Below, piece by piece: positions 8,170 through 16,216 of a stretch of 64,000 bases of DNA. This DNA comes from Synechococcus sp. Its GTDB lineage: Bacteria > Cyanobacteriota > Cyanobacteriia > PCC-6307 > Cyanobiaceae. The stretch spans positions 544,001 through 608,000 of the forward strand of contig JBJBEO010000001.1 of NCBI GenBank assembly GCA_047284725.1. Reading direction: 5' to 3'. Every line of letters starts with the position of its first letter. The stretch's first letter is position 1. Position numbers and translations under genes: made by a program. The notes beneath the pieces were generated by a model that had not been told where the DNA came from, made no database searches, and saw only the letters and a list, made by a program, of their open reading frames with translations.

Positions 8170-8433
8170 ATGGAACGCAAAAGCCAGCACCCTGAGCCGC
8201 ACCCTCAGAAAAACGGGGAAGGCTGGCTGCTGAACGCACAGGAGCAGAAGGTGGTCTGCTTCCGGAATGCGTTGGCCTCAGCTCATGCCAAGTGGGTTGA
8301 GGTCGAAACCAGGCCGCTGCATGGTGGTGGGCGGCCCGTCGTGAGGCGGATGCTCAGGCATAACGCCATCGAGACATGGCAGACGATGCTCAAGACCGGG
8401 TGGGTCCGGTGTTCACCGAGGCATCTCAAGTAG
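8170..8433 (+). CDS. DUF1651-like protein, copy 2
   Basis: GEGWLLN...RRMLRHNAIETWQTMLKTGWVRCSPR signature. Confidence 0.75.
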   Translation: MERKSQHPEPHPQKNGEGWLLNAQEQKVVCFRNALASAHAKWVEVETRPLHGGGRPVVRRMLRHNAIETWQTMLKTGWVRCSPRHLK

Positions 8434-8446
8434 CCAGCAGCTACTT

Positions 8447-8854
8447 CTAAAAGCCGGACATGATCCTCAGCCTTGTGGCGATGAATTTCTTGGTCTGTTC
8501 CCTGGTGTCTTCGCTGCACCTGGCGGCTCGCATTGTGATTCCGTAGCCGAGCTTCGTAGGGACATTCAGCTCGATTCCGTTGCGGCCAAGGAATAAGCGA
8601 GTGGCGATAAAAGACATCCGCTTGTTGCCTTCTGCGAAGCCGTGGTTTTTGTTCATCGCCAGCATTAGATGGGCGGCCAAGACGAAGCGATCGTCTTCCT
8701 CGGCGTAAAACCAAAGCTGCTGCGGTGCGGCCAAAGCCTGCTCCAGCTTGTGGGTGTCGATACCGGGAATCCCTCCGTAAAGCTTCAACATCCGGGCGTG
8801 AGCCGGTTCAAGCCACTCCCGCTTCAACCAACTCGGCTCAACCGGCCGAGGCAT
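8447..8854 (-). CDS. doc: Death-on-curing (Doc/Fic family) toxin
   Basis: H..MLKLYGGIPGI and HGFAEGNKR, matching the Doc-type motif HxFx[DE][AG]NKR. Confidence 0.9.
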   Translation of the reverse strand: MPRPVEPSWLKREWLEPAHARMLKLYGGIPGIDTHKLEQALAAPQQLWFYAEEDDRFVLAAHLMLAMNKNHGFAEGNKRMSFIATRLFLGRNGIELNVPTKLGYGITMRAARCSEDTREQTKKFIATRLRIMSGF

Positions 8855-9063
8855 CAGCTATCGGAAAGGAGCCGCATCAGCTCGTCGTTTTCCTCGAAAG
8901 TCCTCTCCAAGGCCCTGAGCATTCCGGCGTCACCGCAGACGTCAGAGTTGGCCTGGGGCAGATCAACGACAGAGCGTCGCTTCACATCAACGCGCCGGAC
9001 GAACTGCATCGACCGACCTTCAGGGCCGGGGTTGATACGGATTTTCCGCTTCTCCTTCTCCAT
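8854..9063 (-). CDS. Probable antitoxin of the Doc toxin
   Basis: 69-aa ORF directly upstream of doc with a TGATG stop/start overlap; acidic amphipathic C-terminal helix FEENDELMRLLS. Confidence 0.65.
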   Translation of the reverse strand: MEKEKRKIRINPGPEGRSMQFVRRVDVKRRSVVDLPQANSDVCGDAGMLRALERTFEENDELMRLLSDS

Positions 9064-9088
9064 GCCGTCGATTCTGGACTTGCCGGCT

Positions 9089-9241
9089 TCAGACCGCAAG
9101 CAGTTGGGCCAAGGCCAGGGCGTCGGCCACATCGAGGCAGACCTGGCCGTCCATCGGGTGGGCCTGGCTGAGGGCAGTGTGGAGGCGGCCGATCAGGGCC
9201 AGCCTGGGGTTGTCCTCCACAGCACTGGTGGCCTGATTCAC
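9089..9241 (-). CDS. Small hypothetical protein (50 aa)
   Basis: GTG ORF NQATSAVEDNPRLALIGRLHTALSQAHPMDGQVCLDVADALALAQLLAV with high GC3. Confidence 0.4.
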   Translation of the reverse strand: MNQATSAVEDNPRLALIGRLHTALSQAHPMDGQVCLDVADALALAQLLAV

Positions 9242-9479
9242 ACCCACCGCCGCCACCTACACCCTGGGCAGACCGGCGCTGGCTGCAGTACAGGCCAGAC
9301 GGCTGGAAATTCTTTGGAACCCTATTGCGTCTTGAAACTCAGAGATGGCGCATTTCTCTTATTGATCCACCTTGTTCCGGCTGACCCGGCCAGGGATCTC
9401 CTCTATATCCGACTGGCCCGAGAGCTGATCCGGTTGATCGCCGACCTGAAGAAGCTGAGTGGGTGAACTGGCTCATCCC

Positions 9480-9770
9480 TCATCCTGGGCCCGGGATGCC
9501 GTTGGCGATCCGCCGCCGGCGCCTGGCCTGATCACCATCCACCCGGCGGTGGCCACCACCCACCGTGTTGATCCGGGGCCACGGCCTCGCAGCCACCCTC
9601 CACCAGCTGCCGCCCTCGGGCCTGGGCCTCCTCCAGCGTGGCCTTCCCCTCCGGTGTGGCCAGATGCTTCCCCCACCATTCCGGCCCTCGCCCTCGCCGG
9701 CTGGCCAGTGCGTCCCGTCCCGATCACCCTGGCTTCTCTTCTGCCTCGGCTTCCGCTTCGCCGGCATCGC
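9480..9770 (-). pseudogene. Frameshifted gene remnant at the island border (possibly an integrase N-terminus)
   Basis: Basic start MPAKRKPRQKRSQG, then ATPEGKATLEEAQARGRQLVEG in another frame; no catalytic domain visible. Confidence 0.3.
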
Positions 9771-9859
9771 CCAGGGACGCACCTGCCCCCATGCTGCGCC
9801 CAATTCTGCGCCCCGGTGGTGCTTTTCAGATCAAGGCCGCGGCCGCCAGCCCAGTGCTG

Positions 9860-10633
9860 TCAGTCGATCTCTAGCCCCTCGGCCATCTCAAGATTGGCGC
9901 TGACGCCGCTCACGTCGTCGAGTTCGTCGAGCGCGTCGAGCAGCTTCAGGCATTGCCGCGTTGTTTCGACGTCATTGATCGTCACGTTGGTGAGCGGATG
10001 CCAGCAGTGCTCCCAGCTCTGCACGTCCCAACCCTTCACCCGAAGGCCGTTCTGCAGGCGTTCTAGGGCGTCAAATGGCCCATGCACCACGGCTGATCCC
10101 GCTTCGCTGAGGTCATAGCCGTCGGCATCGAGATCGAGAAGGGTTTCCAGCAGTTGGTCTTCGCTCAGTGCTCCCTTGGTCGCATCGGGAGTCGCAGCAG
10201 GGCGGATGCGCACTTCACTGCGGTGCTCAAACAGATAACTGACGCAACCGATCTCGCCGAGATTGCCTCCGTTCTTGCTGAATGCCAGCCGAACGTCGGC
10301 GGCGGTGCGATTGCGATTGTCGGTGAGGGCCTCAATCAGCACCGCGACTCCCCCCGCTGCGTAGCCCTCATACCGGATTCTTTCCAGCTGAAGGGCACCG
10401 TCGCTCCCCTGACCTGACCCTTTGGCGATGGCGCGATCAATGTTGGCGGCTGGAAGACCAGCGGCTTTGGCTTTGGCGATGGCGGTTCGCAGTTGAAAGT
10501 TGCCGGCTGGATCACCGCCACTGCGGGCTGCCACCGTGATCTCGCGGCCGATGCGGGTGAACACTGCACCGCGTTTGGCATCCACCAAGGCCTTGGTGCG
10601 TTTGATCTGGGCCCATTTGCTGTGGCCGGCCAT
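9860..10633 (-). CDS. yebC: YebC/PmpR family protein
   Basis: [18 protein letters not shown] and LTDNRNRT motifs. Confidence 0.97.
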   Translation of the reverse strand: MAGHSKWAQIKRTKALVDAKRGAVFTRIGREITVAARSGGDPAGNFQLRTAIAKAKAAGLPAANIDRAIAKGSGQGSDGALQLERIRYEGYAAGGVAVLIEALTDNRNRTAADVRLAFSKNGGNLGEIGCVSYLFEHRSEVRIRPAATPDATKGALSEDQLLETLLDLDADGYDLSEAGSAVVHGPFDALERLQNGLRVKGWDVQSWEHCWHPLTNVTINDVETTRQCLKLLDALDELDDVSGVSANLEMAEGLEID

Positions 10634-10698
10634 CGAATCGCAACTACAGCTTTGCAGGAGAAGGGTAGTGGCTGGTCTGCAACCGCCTCAGCCACCGC

Positions 10699-11616
10699 TC
10701 AGCCATGGGCATTGAAGACCACCTTGGGTCGCAGGAGCTCGTCAGTTTCCATAATCCCGATCCCCAGCATCGGCCCGCTGGTCTGCAGCACCATCACCGT
10801 GTCTCCTTGGTTGGCAAGGCCCTCAGCCAGCTGCAGGCGTCGGCCACAGCGCCAGTCCTCGCGCTCCGCTTCAGTGGCCAGGTGATGGGTGAGGTGAGAC
10901 AACGCCTGCTCCGGGGGCAGGACCTCCGGCAACGCCTTCTGGTTGGCCTCTTGGTGGTCGGGCCAGTCCGGCAAGGGCACGGCTTGATCGATGGGGAAGC
11001 CAAGGGCCTGAATCCGCCGCAAACCGGCCAGACAGCCACCGCAACCAAGCCGTGCCCCCAGGTCACGGGCCAACGAGCGGATATAAGTGCCTGCCGAGCA
11101 GTGAACCTCCAGCTCGAGGCGCCCCGTTTCTGGGTTCCAGTCGAGTAGCTGAAGACGGTGGATGGTCACCGGCCTGGGCGGTAAATCCATGCTTTCGCCG
11201 CGTCGCACCCGTTCATGGGCCCGCATGCCGTCGACATGCACGGCCGAGACCTGAGGGGGTTGTTGAGCGATCGCTCCGCGAAAGGCGGCAAGCGCTTCGT
11301 CGAGCTGATTCGTCGTCAGTTTGGGCCACGACCTTGTGGTGAGGGGCTCCCCGTCGAGGTCGTCGGTGCTGGTGGTCTGTCCCAGTTGGATGCTGCCGCG
11401 ATAGGTCTTTTCACCAGGTAAGTAAGGCAGCAGGCGTGTGGCTGGGCCCAAGGCGATGGGAAGCACCCCGGTGACTGCCGGATCGAGGGTGCCACCGTGG
11501 CCGACACGTTTTAGGCCAAAACATCGCCTCAGGCGACTGACGCAGTTGTGGGAGGTGAGACCGGCGGGTTTATCAATCACCACGAAGCCGAAGGGACCCT
11601 CCACCGACGCATCCAT
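10699..11616 (-). CDS. truB: tRNA pseudouridine(55) synthase
   Basis: DKPAGLTSH, GHGGTLDPAVTGVL and CSAGTYIRSLARDLG motifs. Confidence 0.97.
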   Translation of the reverse strand: MDASVEGPFGFVVIDKPAGLTSHNCVSRLRRCFGLKRVGHGGTLDPAVTGVLPIALGPATRLLPYLPGEKTYRGSIQLGQTTSTDDLDGEPLTTRSWPKLTTNQLDEALAAFRGAIAQQPPQVSAVHVDGMRAHERVRRGESMDLPPRPVTIHRLQLLDWNPETGRLELEVHCSAGTYIRSLARDLGARLGCGGCLAGLRRIQALGFPIDQAVPLPDWPDHQEANQKALPEVLPPEQALSHLTHHLATEAEREDWRCGRRLQLAEGLANQGDTVMVLQTSGPMLGIGIMETDELLRPKVVFNAHG

Positions 11617-11680
11617 CACGCTTCGACGACTGTGCCAGTTCAAGCTGCCCGGTAGGTTGGCCGACGACTCCAAGCACTCC

Positions 11681-12430
11681 ATGCAAGAGCTTCGATCCAC
11701 CAGCGTGGATGTGAATGCCTTCCTCCGGGATGGTTTGCGGGTGAAAGAGCACCTCAGCACCTACCTCGACCTTGCGTTGCAGGAGGTGGAACAGCGGCTG
11801 CACCGTGGTACCGAAGCGTTGGCAGCGCTTCACCCTGGCGCGTTTCAGGCCGATGACGCCACCGGGTTTTATGAAGAGACGGTGGGCACTGGTCACTTGC
11901 TGGAACTGGCGGCGTGGCATCTGAGCAGTGCCGACTACATCGCCGACACCTTGCGCCTGCAGCAGCAGTTCGCTTCAGGTCAGGTGCTCGACTTTGGTGG
12001 GGGCATCGGCACCCATGCCTTGTCGGCAGCGGCCTTGCAGAGCGTCGAGCACGTGTGGTTTGTCGACCTCAACCCTCACAATCGAGCCTTTGTTGCGCAG
12101 CGGGCAGCTGCGCTGGGTCTTGCTGGCAAGCTCTCGGTGCACCGGGATCTCGAAGGCTGCGCCGATCAACGGTTCGACACCGTGGTGTGCCTGGATGTGC
12201 TGGAGCATTTGCCGGATCCATCTGCTCAGCTCGAGCGTTTTCATGCCGCCATGGCCCCCGGCGCCACAGCCTTACTCAATTGGTATTTCTTTAAAGGTCA
12301 CCACGGCGAATATCCCTTCCACTTCGATGACCCTGTCCTCGTTGAAACGTTCTTTCGAACATTGCAGAGGTGTTTTCTGGAGGTCTTTCACCCCTTCCTG
12401 ATCACCACTCGCGCCTACCGGCCGGCCTGA
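11681..12430 (+). CDS. Class I SAM-dependent methyltransferase
   Basis: VLDFGGGIG and FDTVVCLDVLEHLPDP motifs. Confidence 0.9.
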   Translation: MQELRSTSVDVNAFLRDGLRVKEHLSTYLDLALQEVEQRLHRGTEALAALHPGAFQADDATGFYEETVGTGHLLELAAWHLSSADYIADTLRLQQQFASGQVLDFGGGIGTHALSAAALQSVEHVWFVDLNPHNRAFVAQRAAALGLAGKLSVHRDLEGCADQRFDTVVCLDVLEHLPDPSAQLERFHAAMAPGATALLNWYFFKGHHGEYPFHFDDPVLVETFFRTLQRCFLEVFHPFLITTRAYRPA

Positions 12431-12437
12431 GGGCAAG

Positions 12438-12474
12438 ACAAAGCCCCCGCTCATCTCGTGAGCAGGGGCTTTGT
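12438..12474. terminator. Bidirectional terminator hairpin
   Basis: acaaagcccccgctca...tgagcaggggctttgt between convergent genes. Confidence 0.75.
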
Positions 12475-12496
12475 TGGAGAAGCGACGAAAATGCCT

Positions 12497-12763
12497 TCAG
12501 CCGGCGGTGGCGACGCTGATGCGCTTGCGGTTGCGAAGGCCACGCTTGATGGTCTCGAACGTGACGACCCCGTCGATGAGGGCGAACAGGGTGTCGTCTT
12601 TGCCCTGGCCGACGTTCTGGCCTGGCAGCACGGCGGTGCCACGCTGACGAATCAGGATAGAGCCGGCAGTGACGGTCTCGCCGCCATAGGCCTTCACGCC
12701 GAGGCGCTTGGAATTGGAATCGCGACCGTTGCGTGTGGAGCCTGTGCCTTTTTTATGTGCCAT
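12497..12763 (-). CDS. rpmA: 50S ribosomal protein L27
   Basis: [24 protein letters not shown]. Confidence 0.99.
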   Translation of the reverse strand: MAHKKGTGSTRNGRDSNSKRLGVKAYGGETVTAGSILIRQRGTAVLPGQNVGQGKDDTLFALIDGVVTFETIKRGLRNRKRISVATAG

Positions 12764-12803
12764 GAGAAAGCGGGGAAAGTGAAGGTCTGTGCTGTGGAGA
12801 GGG

Positions 12804-13154
12804 TCAGCTGATGGACTTGCCGCCAACTTTGATGGACTGAACCATCACACGAGTCAGTTCCTGACGATGACCGTTCTTGCGGCGGGTTTTCTTCTTGGGG
12901 CGCATTTTGTACACGATCACCTTGGGGCCGCGGCGGTGATCCATCACCTTCAGCTCAACGGTGGCATTGTTGACGTAGGGCTGGCCGAGGGTGGTGCCTG
13001 AACCGTCCTTGACGAGAAGAACGTTGTCGAGCGTTACGGTCTCATCGACGCCGGCCTGCAGACGGTCGAGGTCGTAATAGCGGTTGGGCTGGAGCCAGAA
13101 CTGCTGGCCCGACGCCTCGACAATTGCGTAGCTATCGGTGCTGGGATCTGCCAT
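12804..13154 (-). CDS. rplU: 50S ribosomal protein L21
   Basis: [11 protein letters not shown]...[15 protein letters not shown]. Confidence 0.98.
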   Translation of the reverse strand: MADPSTDSYAIVEASGQQFWLQPNRYYDLDRLQAGVDETVTLDNVLLVKDGSGTTLGQPYVNNATVELKVMDHRRGPKVIVYKMRPKKKTRRKNGHRQELTRVMVQSIKVGGKSIS

Positions 13155-13324
13155 GGAAATGGGGCGACGCGACCAGGCTCGAGGCAATCGAATGGTCGGA
13201 CCGTATCGATCCCCAGCCGATCGCTTCGATTCGGCCTGAACCGCAATCGAAAGACAAACAAAGATCCTCGCCTTTCGGTTTCCCTTTCGTCAAGATCAAG
13301 TCAGAGGCATTTCCCGCCCAGTCG

Positions 13325-14221
13325 ATGAGTGGACCGGCCCTTGACATCGCTTTGTTGCTGAAGACGCCGAATCTCGTCGATGCCTGTTGCTCCTGGTTGC
13401 CGAGGAACCGCTACACGACTGTTGATCTTGGGTTGACGGCTGGGTTGCATGACCTGTTGACGGTGTTGGAGGAGCAGCGGGAGGCCGTGGATGCGGTGGT
13501 GATCGAGCAGTCGTTGCTTGGTCCTGATCTCAAGCAGTCGCTGATGGAGAAGGGGCTTCTGTTCCCTGCCGTCGTGGTGGGCGAGGTGATGGGCCGCGTT
13601 GATTACCACCCTGAGGAGGTGCATCTGCCTGTCGATCAGCTGGAACAGCTGGGCTACAACGTCGATGCTGCGATTTCCCGCTTTCTTCGTCATGGCCAGA
13701 AGGAAGAGAGCCAAGGGGAGGGGCAAGCCCTGGATGTGGAGGGCGGAAAGGCTGTCGAGGGAAGTCCCTGGCGCATGGCCAGTCGCTTGCAGGAGCGTCT
13801 CGGCTATCTCGGTGTCTTTTACAAGCGGGATCCTTCCCGCTTTCTCAGCAACCTGCCTTCAGAAGAGCAGCAGGAGTTGCTCAAGTCGCTGCAGCGCACC
13901 TATCGCGATCTTCTGCTGAGTTACTTCCGGGATCCGGCTGCGGCCAACCAGGCATTGGAGAGCTTCGTGAACACGGCATTTTTTGGTGATTTGCCGATCA
14001 CGCGTGCTGTTGAAATTCACATGAACCTGATTGACGATTTTTGGAAGAAGCTCAGACTTGAAGGGCACAAGAACGACTTTCTACAGGACTATCGCTTGGC
14101 GTTGCTTGATGTGATGGCCCATCTCTGTGAGATGTACCGCCGCTCGATACCGACCGAGGCACAGCTCGACCCTGCCCCAAGTGCCACCGCCACTGTCACC
14201 GATTTGGAGGTGTCCTCATGA
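13325..14221 (+). CDS. kaiA: Circadian clock protein KaiA
   Basis: [16 protein letters not shown] and [22 protein letters not shown]; lies upstream of kaiBC. Confidence 0.98.
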   Translation: MSGPALDIALLLKTPNLVDACCSWLPRNRYTTVDLGLTAGLHDLLTVLEEQREAVDAVVIEQSLLGPDLKQSLMEKGLLFPAVVVGEVMGRVDYHPEEVHLPVDQLEQLGYNVDAAISRFLRHGQKEESQGEGQALDVEGGKAVEGSPWRMASRLQERLGYLGVFYKRDPSRFLSNLPSEEQQELLKSLQRTYRDLLLSYFRDPAAANQALESFVNTAFFGDLPITRAVEIHMNLIDDFWKKLRLEGHKNDFLQDYRLALLDVMAHLCEMYRRSIPTEAQLDPAPSATATVTDLEVSS

Positions 14222-14577
14222 GCCCACGCAAGACTTACATCCTCAAGCTTTATGTGGCGGGAAACACACCCAACTCCATGCGAGCACTCAAGACCCTGCG
14301 CAACATTCTTGAAACGGAGTTTCAGGGTGTTTACGCGCTGAAGGTGATTGATGTATTGAAGAATCCTCAGCTGGCAGAGGAAGACAAGATTCTTGCCACT
14401 CCAACGTTGTCGAAGATTTTGCCTCCCCCTGTGCGACGAATCATTGGCGACCTTTCGGATCGGGAGAGGGTCTTGATTGGCCTTGATCTGCTTTATGACG
14501 AACTTGCTGATGGTTCCCTCAGTTCGTCGTTGATGGATACGTTGGAAGATGCTGACCAGGCGGCCACAGAACCTTAA
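14218..14577 (+). CDS. kaiB: Circadian clock protein KaiB
   Basis: [17 protein letters not shown]...ILATPTL. Confidence 0.99.
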   Translation: MSPRKTYILKLYVAGNTPNSMRALKTLRNILETEFQGVYALKVIDVLKNPQLAEEDKILATPTLSKILPPPVRRIIGDLSDRERVLIGLDLLYDELADGSLSSSLMDTLEDADQAATEP

Positions 14578-14643
14578 GCAGAGCGCGTGTCTTGCGTTCG
14601 TTTGCTCCTTCTGTATCTAGCGTTGTAGTAATCCCCTCCAGCT

Positions 14644-16182
14644 ATGAAGTTCTCAGGTTCGACTGGCTCACCTCAGATGCAGGTCCAGAAGCTCCCAACG
14701 GGGATTGAGGGCTTCGATGATGTCTGTCAAGGGGGCTTGCCGATTGGTCGAAGTACCCTGATTAGTGGGACGTCGGGTACGGGGAAAACAGTTTTTTCTT
14801 TGCATTTCCTTCATAACGGAATTTCTCACTTTGATGAGCCCGGGATCTTTGTCACGTTTGAAGAGTCACCGCTCGATATTCTGCGCAATGCCGCCAGCTT
14901 TGGCTGGAATCTTCAGGAGATGGTCGAGCAGGATAAGCTGTTTATCCTTGATGCATCGCCTGATCCTGATGGTCAGGACGTGGCAGGAAGTTTTGATCTT
15001 TCCGGTCTGATTGAGCGGATCCATTACGCGATACGTAAGTACAAGGCAAAGCGGGTGGCGATCGATTCGATTACAGCTGTTTTTCAGCAATACGATGCTG
15101 TGTTCGTTGTGCGGCGCGAGATCTTTCGCTTGATTGCGCGATTGAAGGAGATTGGTGTTACCACGGTGATGACGACTGAGCGCATTGATGAATATGGTCC
15201 GATCGCTCGTTATGGTGTTGAAGAATTTGTGTCAGATAATGTAGTGATTCTACGCAACGTGCTTGAGGGCGAGCGCCGCCGCCGCACGGTGGAAATTCTC
15301 AAATTGCGTGGAACCACTCACATGAAGGGCGAGTTCCCCTTCACGATGGGTGCCCATGGGATCAGTATCTTCCCCTTGGGAGCCATGCGGCTCACACAGC
15401 GTTCGTCAAACGTTCGTATCAGCTCCGGGGTGCCACGACTCGATGAGATGTGTGGCGGCGGGTTCTTCAAGGATTCGATCATCCTTGCCACGGGTGCAAC
15501 TGGTACTGGCAAGACCTTGCTGGTGTCGAAATTCATTGAAGATGCGTGCCGTAACAAAGAGCGAGCTATCCTTTTTGCCTATGAAGAATCCCGCGCTCAG
15601 TTGCTGAGAAATGCCACTAGTTCGGGGATTGATTTCGAACAGATGGAGCAAGATGGTTTGCTCAAGATCATCTGTGCCTATCCAGAGTCGACAGGTCTTG
15701 AAGATCACCTTCAGATCATCAAAACGGAGATCAGTCAGTTCAAGCCTTCCAGGATGGCGATCGACTCACTGTCTGCTCTGGCCCGTGGCGTCAGCCATAA
15801 CGCCTTCCGCCAGTTTGTGATTGGCGTTACTGGTTACGCCAAACAGGAAGAGATTGCAGGCTTCTTTACTAATACGTCTGAAGAGTTCATGGGTAGTCAT
15901 TCCATTACTGACTCTCATATCTCTACAATCACTGATACTATTCTGCTGCTGCAATATGTGGAAATTCACGGTGAAATGGCCCGTGCTCTGAACGTGTTCA
16001 AGATGCGTGGCTCCTGGCATGACAAGGGCATTCGTGAATTCGTGATCACAGGTAATGGTCCGGAGATCAAAGACTCCTTCTCCAACTTTGAGCGAATCAT
16101 CAGTGGTGTCCCCCATCGCGTCACCACTGATGAGCGCAGTGAGCTTGCACGCATTGTGCGCGGGGTCAAACCCGACGACTAA
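14644..16182 (+). CDS. kaiC: Circadian clock protein KaiC
   Basis: Two Walker A motifs (GTSGTGKT, GATGTGKT) and the DSHISTITD phosphosite motif. Confidence 0.99.
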   Translation: MKFSGSTGSPQMQVQKLPTGIEGFDDVCQGGLPIGRSTLISGTSGTGKTVFSLHFLHNGISHFDEPGIFVTFEESPLDILRNAASFGWNLQEMVEQDKLFILDASPDPDGQDVAGSFDLSGLIERIHYAIRKYKAKRVAIDSITAVFQQYDAVFVVRREIFRLIARLKEIGVTTVMTTERIDEYGPIARYGVEEFVSDNVVILRNVLEGERRRRTVEILKLRGTTHMKGEFPFTMGAHGISIFPLGAMRLTQRSSNVRISSGVPRLDEMCGGGFFKDSIILATGATGTGKTLLVSKFIEDACRNKERAILFAYEESRAQLLRNATSSGIDFEQMEQDGLLKIICAYPESTGLEDHLQIIKTEISQFKPSRMAIDSLSALARGVSHNAFRQFVIGVTGYAKQEEIAGFFTNTSEEFMGSHSITDSHISTITDTILLLQYVEIHGEMARALNVFKMRGSWHDKGIREFVITGNGPEIKDSFSNFERIISGVPHRVTTDERSELARIVRGVKPDD

Positions 16183-16216
16183 CGGCAGACATGGCCTTTC
16201 TTGTGAGTGACCAGAA

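Larger units (their letters stand above)
1..9859. mobile_element. Right part of a mosaic genomic island abutting the yebC 3' end
   Basis: Dense short hypothetical ORFs, duplicated modules, pseudogenes, a TA pair, a tRNA fragment and patchy GC. Core synteny starts at yebC. Confidence 0.8.

Noticed and set aside
8669..10118. Long plus-strand ORFs 8669-9466 and 9459-10118
   Set aside because: They are antisense shadows of doc, the antitoxin and yebC in GC-rich DNA, with no recognisable motifs.
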